Program-made: the position numbers and the translations under genes
Shown here: piece after piece, positions 1 through 5,633 of the stretch
How positions within the stretch are numbered: the stretch's first letter is position 1
How the letters are laid out: each line of letters starts with the position of its first letter
The notes under the pieces: generated by a model
What the model was told of the DNA's origin: nothing
The model's input: only the letters and a program-made list of their open reading frames with translations
Databases searched by the model: none
DNA from: a virus
Lineage: Duplodnaviria; Caudoviricetes
Length of the DNA: 26,008 nucleotides
Strand: one strand, 5' to 3'
IMG/VR virus record: IMGVR_UViG_3300047363_000156
Span: 1-26,008 of that record

Positions 1-119
1 TTAGACGAATGGTATTCTCCAGTAAAGGCATATCTAGCTTCGTCAACATCCGGTTCAGGCCAAATGAGCACTGCCTGACAGTCTGTTGGTAAACGATCTT
101 TAACACTTATCCACTTCAT
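1..119 (-). CDS. DUF551-like phage protein, partial (runs off left edge)
   Basis: Not in ORF track. GGAGAGAGTG-ATG at 129-117 starts MKWISVKDRLPTDCQAVLIWPEP..., with the typical WISVKDRLP N-terminus of DUF551 proteins; frame stays open to position 1. Confidence 0.75.
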   Translation of the reverse strand, partial: MKWISVKDRLPTDCQAVLIWPEPDVDEARYAFTGEYHSS

Positions 120-357
120 CACTCTCTCCTGTTGAGTGGCTGGCTGAACCATCCCACTCATCTTCAATATCACAGGCATTTTTCCCGCAGTAATAAGTAT
201 TGCTAGGCATTGATTCTGCTAAAGCATCAGCAAAATCATCAGCGGCATCAAGACAAGAGCATTCAACCCCTTTTAATATTACAGTTTTATGCTGTTTATC
301 CCAGCCACTACTGCGCGTATCTGAACGTACGGACAGCGTTATGTCAAATTTATCCAT
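100..357 (-). CDS. hypothetical acidic phage protein (85 aa)
   Basis: Start reassigned to ATG 357 (MDKFDITLSV...) behind GGGAGAGAGTG; overlaps the end of the upstream gene. Confidence 0.7.
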   Translation of the reverse strand: MDKFDITLSVRSDTRSSGWDKQHKTVILKGVECSCLDAADDFADALAESMPSNTYYCGKNACDIEDEWDGSASHSTGESDEVDKC

Positions 358-529
358 CACTCTCTCCCGCTTCTTCAACTTCAAGTATTTTGCTACCTTC
401 ATAATGTAGCTCAAAATGCGCGTCATCGGAGAGCGGAGGCGCTTTTTCTAGCGCATCTTCCGCGCTTTCCGCTTTAACCTCGACAATATCAAAAAGCTTA
501 TAAGTCAGTTTTACTTTATAAAGGTTCAT
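350..529 (-). CDS. small phage protein with VEVKAESAEDA motif (DpnD/PcfM-like)
   Basis: ATG 529 behind AGGAGAGAGTG; YKVKL...VEVKAESAEDALEKA is a common small phage protein pattern. Confidence 0.7.
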   Translation of the reverse strand: MNLYKVKLTYKLFDIVEVKAESAEDALEKAPPLSDDAHFELHYEGSKILEVEEAGESDG

Positions 530-551
530 CACTCTCTCCTAGTTGTTGTAT

Positions 552-592
552 TAATGTGTACACATTATGCCTAAGTGTAACACTTTTGTAAA
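552..592 (-). promoter_or_regulatory. sigma70-type promoter with palindromic operator-like sites
   Basis: - strand TTTACA (592-587), 17 nt, CATAAT (569-564); AAGTG-N3-CACTT (573-585) lies in the spacer and the perfect 16-bp palindrome TAATGTGTACACATTA (552-567) covers -10/+1. Confidence 0.7.
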
Positions 593-600
593 CACCTAAT

Positions 601-680
601 TGGTTTTGCGAAATTCTGTCGCTAAACTTAATTTGCGCCGCGAACTACCCGCGCCGACTGGTCGCTGGGAGTACCTTTTG
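601..680 (-). other. putative cos-like packaging/genome-end site
   Basis: Non-coding GC-rich patch; - strand AGGTACTCCC...CGCGGGTAGTTCGC resembles lambda cosQ (GGGTCCT) and the CGCGGGTTTTCGC following cosN. Resemblance only. Confidence 0.45.
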
Positions 681-694
681 GCCTGTTTTAGGCT

Positions 695-761
695 GCAAAG
701 TGGTAAATTATGACAAAATAACGCCCTTTTTATAGGGCAAAGTGGGAAATTGTGACCAATA
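695..761. repeat. imperfect ~25-bp direct repeat pair
   Basis: GCAAAGTGGTAAATTATGACAAAATA (695-720) and GCAAAGTGGGAAATTGTGACCAATA (737-761), 42 bp apart, with GCCCT...AGGGC hairpin (723-738) between. Confidence 0.7.
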
Positions 762-797
762 CTGTAGGTCACATGACAGGGCAATTTATCGTAGGCG

Positions 798-824
798 AAA
801 AAAAACCACCCATAGTGGGTGGTT
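798..824 (-). terminator. rho-independent terminator
   Basis: AACCACCCA-tag-TGGGTGGTT stem with a long T tract on the - strand, downstream of 845..1060. Confidence 0.8.
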
Positions 825-844
825 GTTGGTCGTTGGGTGGGTTG

Positions 845-1060
845 TTATGATGGCCTAATTAAAGCACCCATAATGACAAACGCGATCATTGACACCATAA
901 TCAACGCAGAGCTGACCGCGCCTGTGCTCATGGCTCCCATTACAGCGCAACCAAGCGCGCAGCCGTAGCAATACCCCTTCAACACGGCAAGCCAGTTTAT
1001 GCGCGATACTTTGCGCCTAGTGCTGACCGTCTTTAATACTGGCATATTGTTTTGCTTCAT
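845..1060 (-). CDS. small membrane protein
   Basis: 71 aa, basic N-terminus then two hydrophobic segments; GGAG RBS upstream. Confidence 0.7.
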   Translation of the reverse strand: MKQNNMPVLKTVSTRRKVSRINWLAVLKGYCYGCALGCAVMGAMSTGAVSSALIMVSMIAFVIMGALIRPS

Positions 1061-1099
1061 ATCATCTACTCCATATTAAATTGTTATATACCTTCACCC

Positions 1100-1122
1100 A
1101 AAAAGCCCCAATTAAGGGGCTT
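1100..1122 (-). terminator. rho-independent terminator
   Basis: AAGCCCC-aattaa-GGGGCTT stem followed by T tract on the - strand. Confidence 0.75.
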
Positions 1123-1140
1123 ATGGTTTAACCTGAAGCG

Positions 1141-1326
1141 TTACTGAATAAGGCCAGACAACCCAAACACCAACGCCACGGCAAACAGGCCACCATACCA
1201 TGCATTGACGTGCGCCTTTATCTCATCGCGCCTGTCTTGCTCTTTTTGCCACAAATAACGCGCTGCTTCAATTTGCGCGTCCTGGTGGATTTTGTCGCCT
1301 ACAATCACGGTTGTTTTTTTATTCAT
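1141..1326 (-). CDS. small protein with C-terminal TM helix (61 aa)
   Basis: Start reassigned to ATG 1326 (MNKKTTV...) behind GGAGAGG; hydrophobic C-terminus WYGGLFAVALVFGLSGLIQ. Confidence 0.7.
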   Translation of the reverse strand: MNKKTTVIVGDKIHQDAQIEAARYLWQKEQDRRDEIKAHVNAWYGGLFAVALVFGLSGLIQ

Positions 1327-1669
1327 TGTTTGTTGCCTCTCCATCAAAATTAATTCGCTTTACTTGAGCCTCTGCGTTCTTAACAGCCTCTTCCATCATA
1401 CCTTTGAAATAGTCGCCAAAATATGTGGTATAAAATTCTTTATGTGAGCGATAGCAGCACCCACCTAAGAACTCTTCACCCAATTCAATGCCACCTTTCT
1501 TGGCGACCACACGAGCTATAAACCACTTGGGTTTAGTTGCGGTAAGGGCTTCATAATCTTTTTTTGACCAGTCACACTCCTCTAAAAAATGCTTTCTCAT
1601 AGAAGTAAGTTCTTTTAAAGGCTCAAAATAGATATCAAAACCTTTGAAGTTAGTTATTTTTTTCATCAT
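1319..1669 (-). CDS. hypothetical phage protein
   Basis: GGAGTGATGATGATG start cluster; GIELGEEFLGGCCY motif recalled from phage early proteins. Confidence 0.75.
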   Translation of the reverse strand: MMKKITNFKGFDIYFEPLKELTSMRKHFLEECDWSKKDYEALTATKPKWFIARVVAKKGGIELGEEFLGGCCYRSHKEFYTTYFGDYFKGMMEEAVKNAEAQVKRINFDGEATNNE

Positions 1670-1682
1670 CATCACTCCATAG

Positions 1683-1859
1683 TTAAAACGGCACAACGTA
1701 AAAACACGTTGCACCTTGTTGTTGTTGTTCGATTAGTTGCGCCAATAGCGCGGAATGCTGCGGCCTATCCAAGTTATCAGACAAGCGCATTCGCTCGGCC
1801 TTGATAGCGCGATCAATAGGTATTGATTGAGGCTTTAAGATGGGGTTAGGCTCAATCAT
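1683..1859 (-). CDS. hypothetical protein (58 aa), below ORF-track cut-off
   Basis: GGGAG-ataacta-ATG; MIEPNPILKPQSIPIDRAIKAERMRLSDNLDRPQHSALLAQLIEQQQQGATCFYVVPF; fills the gap between neighbours. Confidence 0.7.
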   Translation of the reverse strand: MIEPNPILKPQSIPIDRAIKAERMRLSDNLDRPQHSALLAQLIEQQQQGATCFYVVPF

Positions 1860-2070
1860 TAGTTATCTCCCATTTATCAAAATCAAGATAATGGTCGCTA
1901 ATATTGTCGCAACCATACACTCCGCAAATGCCGTGGCCTTCATCATGCGCTACGCCATGTTGTAAGAACTTGCTTCTGCAACCTTCACAGATTTGAGTCC
2001 ACCCATAATTTAACTCTCTATCACTATTAATCTCGTAATCGTCCAGTGTAACGCCATGTAATGCTATCAT
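1852..2070 (-). CDS. small Cys/His (Zn-binding-like) protein (72 aa)
   Basis: Start reassigned to ATG 2070 behind GGGGGAGG; WTQICEGC...GICGVYGC...H. Confidence 0.75.
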   Translation of the reverse strand: MIALHGVTLDDYEINSDRELNYGWTQICEGCRSKFLQHGVAHDEGHGICGVYGCDNISDHYLDFDKWEITND

Positions 2071-2165
2071 TTCCTCCCCCTCTTTTTCTCTTGTATCATC
2101 TTCTCCGACTCCCACACCATGACAACCATGGCCACCAGTAATGCGCCTCCGAATAGTTCGATCAT
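2067..2165 (-). CDS. 32-aa membrane peptide, below ORF-track cut-off
   Basis: GAGGTG RBS; MIELFGGALLVAMVVMVWESEKMIQEKKRGRK; ATGA-coupled to both neighbours. Confidence 0.65.
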   Translation of the reverse strand: MIELFGGALLVAMVVMVWESEKMIQEKKRGRK

Positions 2166-2491
2166 GCTGCCACCTCTTCAATGAAATCATTATAAATTGA
2201 CTCAACAGCATCAAACGCATAATACCTAAGAGAAACATACTGCCCTACCTGTATCATTTTGTGGTAATCCGATACGCCTTCACATAATCCCTCTTCGATG
2301 GCCTCTTCGACAAATTCCCAATTATCAACCGCCCATGCGCGAAGTTCATAATAATATATACAGATATAGCTATCTATAATTTCATGTAATCTGCCATCAT
2401 AATCCAATGCCTCATAAAGCGAGTGAGCGTCTGCCATCTCAGATAAAATAATTCCCTTCTCATCCATCGCTTCTAAAATTTCTTCTCTCAT
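2162..2491 (-). CDS. ocr: Ocr-like (T7 gp0.3-like) acidic DNA-mimic anti-restriction protein, 109 aa
   Basis: Start ATG 2491 behind GAGGA. 26 D/E versus 6 K/R by hand count. LHEIIDSYICIYYYEL, DYHKMIQVGQYVSL and IYNDFIEEV align by eye with T7 Ocr IHMAADNAVPHYYADI, DVIRILQARIYEQL and LLNEYLEEV (recalled). Confidence 0.7.
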   Translation of the reverse strand: MREEILEAMDEKGIILSEMADAHSLYEALDYDGRLHEIIDSYICIYYYELRAWAVDNWEFVEEAIEEGLCEGVSDYHKMIQVGQYVSLRYYAFDAVESIYNDFIEEVAA

Positions 2492-2519
2492 GTTACTTGT
2501 CCTCTGCTTGTGTTGTTGT

Positions 2520-2810
2520 TTAAATGCGCTCAATGTGATCTATAAGCCAGCCATTGATTTTGAGTGTTTCGCCAGTGTCCAAGCACTTAGCTGTAAACCG
2601 TTGGTCAAGATCATCTGCGGCAGTCTCAATTTCTAAGCAGTGATAGCCGATTTCTATATAATAGAATCGCGTCTTTTCCTTCTCTTTAGTGCATTTGCGG
2701 CATAATTCATACCCTGTCCTATAATGATAGGCATGAAAATGCATACTTAAAGGGGTAGGGCAGGCCGCGCACTCTACGCTATACATGTTTGACATCGCTT
2801 TATAGTCCAT
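2520..2810 (-). CDS. hypothetical protein with CxxC...CxxC Zn finger
   Basis: CAAC...CRKC; C-terminal DDLDQRFTAKCLDTGETLKINGW; GAGGT RBS; first gene of the early island. Confidence 0.75.
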   Translation of the reverse strand: MDYKAMSNMYSVECAACPTPLSMHFHAYHYRTGYELCRKCTKEKEKTRFYYIEIGYHCLEIETAADDLDQRFTAKCLDTGETLKINGWLIDHIERI

Positions 2811-2843
2811 TGTGTGTACCTCTGCTTTGTTGTCTATGGCGTA

Positions 2844-2872
2844 ACATTAATGCCACTCACAACTAATTGCAA
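2844..2872 (-). promoter_or_regulatory. sigma70-type early promoter
   Basis: TTGCAA (2872-2867), 17 nt, TAATGT (2849-2844), with AT-rich upstream DNA. Confidence 0.6.
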
Positions 2873-2980
2873 CCCCTTTTACCTCATATCCCAAAATATT
2901 ATCAATTATTAGTAAATTTATCTAAAAACGACACCCGCTTACCCAAAAACGACATTTTGGCTTGCTATAGGCGATTCAAA

Positions 2981-3070
2981 CGGTATCCATGGGATAGCCA
3001 TGGGATAGGAAATATTGACGGTATGCGTGGGATAGTAAATACTGGCCGTATCCGTGGAATAGTAAATATT
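2981..3070. repeat. 27-bp-period repeat array, left
   Basis: Units start at 2998, 3025 and 3052 (CCATGGGATAGGAAATATT / GCGTGGGATAGTAAATACT / CCGTGGAATAGTAAATATT), with a partial unit at 2987. Confidence 0.85.
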
Positions 3071-3799
3071 TTAATAACCAGTGGAGTCTATTACGCGAGG
3101 AATTGCAGTTGCGATGGCCTGGCCTAGTGCTTTACCAAAAACATGCCGGTGGTGTTTCTGCACATAGTTAATGCCAATCTCATTGGCTGGCCAGATGCGC
3201 TTGTAGGTCATTTGCTTTTCGTCCATGGCGATCAAAAGTTTTGGCCCCTTGTTCTTAAAGGTCTTGTATAAGCCTAGCGGCCTATGCTCTTGCCCTTTTG
3301 GTTTTCCTATAAAGTGAGTTCTTGGCTTGGCTGATTTACGTTTGTAAGTATTAGACTCTCGTTTAACTGGCCCCATAAAATTCTGACCTGATCGAGACAT
3401 GATGCTGCCTATGGTATTCCTTGCGATGTTACCGCGCTTATTTAAACGCTGCGCTGACTTTCCGCTTTTATCATAACCAGGCACAAGTAATTTTTTATTT
3501 CGCTTCAACGGCTTTCGCGTACCACCAAAAACCATAGTTCGCATATAAGGGCGATTGTCGGGAAAGAATATCGCGGCATACAAGCTGCGCTTACTGGCCT
3601 TATGCACTTGTATACCGCTTTTGGTGAACGGTACTGCACCACCTTCCACCCAGCGATCAACTCCCGACCTTAAGGTTTGCTGCACCCCAAAGGTTAGCGA
3701 GTTAAGTGCATTTTTGGTTGCAAACGGCAGTTGTTTGCGTTTGAGATCATCTAGGTGGCCTGATAGCTTGGTGGTGTCAAAGTCGATTTGTATATTCAT
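3071..3799 (-). CDS. putative virion neck/tail-completion-type protein (HK97 gp10 / lambda gpZ-like), basic
   Basis: Likely start ATG 3799 (MNIQIDFD...). KQLPFATKNALN...PFTKSGI...KASK pattern is typical of the gene found upstream of terminase in many siphoviruses. Confidence 0.7.
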   Translation of the reverse strand: MNIQIDFDTTKLSGHLDDLKRKQLPFATKNALNSLTFGVQQTLRSGVDRWVEGGAVPFTKSGIQVHKASKRSLYAAIFFPDNRPYMRTMVFGGTRKPLKRNKKLLVPGYDKSGKSAQRLNKRGNIARNTIGSIMSRSGQNFMGPVKRESNTYKRKSAKPRTHFIGKPKGQEHRPLGLYKTFKNKGPKLLIAMDEKQMTYKRIWPANEIGINYVQKHHRHVFGKALGQAIATAIPRVIDSTGY

Positions 3800-3800
3800 T

Positions 3801-3883
3801 TTTAGCGATACCCGTGGAATAGTAAATCCACATGACAACCGTGGAATAGTAAATATTATAGCATGAGATCGTCTTTAGCGATA
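3801..3883. repeat. 27-bp-period repeat array, right, plus TTTAGCGATA direct repeat
   Basis: CCGTGGAATAGTAAAT at 3812 and 3839; TTTAGCGATA at 3801-3810 and 3874-3883. Confidence 0.85.
3855..3864 (-). promoter_or_regulatory. extended -10 promoter
   Basis: ATGCTATAAT on the - strand with no -35 at normal spacing. Confidence 0.55.
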
Positions 3884-3924
3884 AGCGTCAAACCGCAGAG
3901 TATAAACAAGCAGGTAACTAGCAT

Positions 3925-3957
3925 AAAAAAAGCCTCCGTATTGGGTTATAGGGAGGC
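3925..3957 (-). terminator. rho-independent terminator
   Basis: GCCTCC...GGAGGC stem (long loop) followed by T7 on the - strand. Confidence 0.6.
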
Positions 3958-3994
3958 GTATTATATATATCGCATTGCGATATGCTAATGCATT

Positions 3995-4243
3995 TTAGTC
4001 ATGTTGGTTATGCATCCCACTCCCATGCTTAACCCACTCAGGATCATCTTCTGGCTCTTTGTGCTGCGGTTCCTCTGGAAACCTCTCCTGATCCTCTGGC
4101 CCATTTTTCCATGCTGGATCGTTTACTTCCCAATCGTGCTGTTTAGACATCATAAGTATTACCATACCTCCCAAAGCAAACCACATTAACAAGACACATC
4201 CCGCGCCAACCATAAAATAAAAATCACCTAGTCCGTTTAGCAC
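3995..4243 (-). CDS. membrane protein with acidic/Pro-rich tail
   Basis: N-terminal TM helix; start overlaps the upstream stop. Confidence 0.6.
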   Translation of the reverse strand: MLNGLGDFYFMVGAGCVLLMWFALGGMVILMMSKQHDWEVNDPAWKNGPEDQERFPEEPQHKEPEDDPEWVKHGSGMHNQHD

Positions 4244-4503
4244 TATTCATCCTCCACGCGCCAATGCGGAAACATAAGCGACACAGCGGGGTCGTTAAGA
4301 GCACCGTAGGCACGTAAGGCTCGTAGTACAGCAGTGTCATCAGCAGATCTATACTCAACAATGCTCCTATTAGTTGGGCTAATTATCAGGTGGTATCCAC
4401 CAAAGAAGTTTTTACAAATGCTAACCCTGGTTGTGTCACAGGATCCCGCTTGGATGAAATAATTGATCTTGTCAGGAGTCTTCATTACTTTAAAGTATCT
4501 CAT
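4243..4503 (-). CDS. hypothetical protein
   Basis: GGAGGT RBS, ATGA-coupled to the upstream gene. Confidence 0.7.
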   Translation of the reverse strand: MRYFKVMKTPDKINYFIQAGSCDTTRVSICKNFFGGYHLIISPTNRSIVEYRSADDTAVLRALRAYGALNDPAVSLMFPHWRVEDE

Positions 4504-4811
4504 AACATACCTCCTACCTCATACGTTATGGCCTCTACACATGACCCATTGATAGTCGCTAGTACCCGCTCCTCGCCTACACGGTGAACATATCCGAACA
4601 CATTAAAGTCACGATTTATACACCCAGAGTTTGGTGAACAATCATCATGCCATACGCTTTCTATCCGCGTGACCACCGCGTTCACGGTAGAGTCAATAAC
4701 ACTACCTTTAGGCGTGTCTTTAAGCGCTACCGCTACATGCTTGTCGCCTACGTGCCAGTTACCTGATGTAGTTGTTAATGATACGATGGGTGTCATTATC
4801 AATATACTCAT
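4500..4811 (-). CDS. hypothetical protein
   Basis: ATGA-coupled at both ends. Confidence 0.65.
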   Translation of the reverse strand: MSILIMTPIVSLTTTSGNWHVGDKHVAVALKDTPKGSVIDSTVNAVVTRIESVWHDDCSPNSGCINRDFNVFGYVHRVGEERVLATINGSCVEAITYEVGGML

Positions 4812-5017
4812 TGTTCATCTTCCAACAGATGCTCAAGCCTTTGGTAATTCTCCGACCAAGGCTCTACAACTACGCCGATGCATTCGATAATCAGAATAAC
4901 GTCCTCCAGCGTCTTGAGCTTTTTCGCGTCAATTTTTTTTGCGTTCGTCAAAGTTGGCTTAATATGTTTGATTGCTTTCTCTTTATCAATAAATACTTCA
5001 TCTTTAGTCAATTTCAT
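4808..5017 (-). CDS. hypothetical protein
   Basis: AAGGAG RBS; coupled to the downstream gene. Confidence 0.7.
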   Translation of the reverse strand: MKLTKDEVFIDKEKAIKHIKPTLTNAKKIDAKKLKTLEDVILIIECIGVVVEPWSENYQRLEHLLEDEQ

Positions 5018-5144
5018 TACTGCTCCTTGCTTTCGCCTTACCGTCTTTTCTTACAAGCTTATTTTGCGCTCGTTTTCTATCTCGTAAATGTTTCCACCAC
5101 TCAATAGTTTTAACCGCCCCTCGTCGTATGCTTGAACTAGCCAC
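5004..5144 (-). CDS. small basic protein (46 aa)
   Basis: Start reassigned to GTG 5144 behind AGGAGG; ...EWWKHLRDRKRAQNKLVRK... Confidence 0.6.
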   Translation of the reverse strand: MASSSIRRGAVKTIEWWKHLRDRKRAQNKLVRKDGKAKARSSNEID

Positions 5145-5193
5145 CACTACCTCCTGATTAATCCTTATTGTAAACACTTTTATGCGCTTACAG

Positions 5194-5376
5194 CTAAGAT
5201 GCATTATCAAGATTTATCTCCATATCTTCTAGTAAGTCGCACACTTCTTCCCTATGGTGTTCCTCCATTTCATAATAATGTGCAGGCTGTGCACAACCAT
5301 CAACCGTGTCATCATGCCCAGAATTATAGGCTTCATTATAAATGTGCGTTATTTGTTCTAGTGTTAAATTGACCAT
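5194..5376 (-). CDS. small acidic protein
   Basis: AGGAGGTAGTG-ATG; IYNEAYNSGHDDTVDG motif. Confidence 0.7.
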   Translation of the reverse strand: MVNLTLEQITHIYNEAYNSGHDDTVDGCAQPAHYYEMEEHHREEVCDLLEDMEINLDNAS

Positions 5377-5444
5377 CACTACCTCCTGTTTTGGTACCGT
5401 AATTGATTACGGAACCATATTGAATCAATTACCTTAGTGCATAC

Positions 5445-5474
5445 ATGCTAACACTTTTGATACACCACATGCAA
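5445..5474 (-). promoter_or_regulatory. sigma70-type promoter flanked by AACACTTTTG repeats
   Basis: TTGCAT (5474-5469), 18 nt, TGt-TAGCAT (5450-5445); AACACTTTTG at 5450-5459 and 5474-5483. Confidence 0.5.
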
Positions 5475-5520
5475 ACACTTTTGTTACTTTATTTTCATCT
5501 ACCACTTCGACCGCACTCCG

Positions 5521-5633
5521 AATGGAACAATGGAACACCCTATAAGGGTGTGTTCCATTTTGTTCCACTGTCGGGTTTTTTGCCCCCAATGGAACATTTT
5601 TAAAAGTTCCATTATGTTCCATTTTGTTCCATT
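5521..5633. repeat. iteron-like direct/inverted repeat cluster, putative replication origin
   Basis: TGGAAC at 5523, 5531, 5590 and GTTCCA at 5552, 5562, 5606, 5616, 5626 (10-bp phasing), arranged as two dyads around CACCCT-ata-AGGGTG and an A/T core, at the 3' end of the primase-helicase. Confidence 0.7.

Noticed and set aside
596-784. 62-aa ORF
   Set aside because: No RBS; spans the cos-like site and repeats.
1683-1700. C-terminal VVPF as an SSB-tail mimic
   Set aside because: Lacks the acidic residues of SSB tails (compare DADVPF of the DUF669 protein).
1716-1729. (TTG)n microsatellite as a phase-variation tract
   Set aside because: Encodes QQQQ in the 58-aa ORF; triplet slippage would keep the frame.
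2981-3070. Mini-CRISPR array
   Set aside because: Gaps between units are only about 8 bp and partly conserved; units are degenerate.
2867-3127. + strand 86-aa ORF
   Set aside because: TTG start inside a promoter, runs through the repeat array and antisense into a real gene.
5434-5622. 62-aa ORF MEHNGT...
   Set aside because: Its repeated EQNGT/EHNGT motifs are translations of the origin-like DNA repeats and it overlaps a predicted promoter; probably non-coding.
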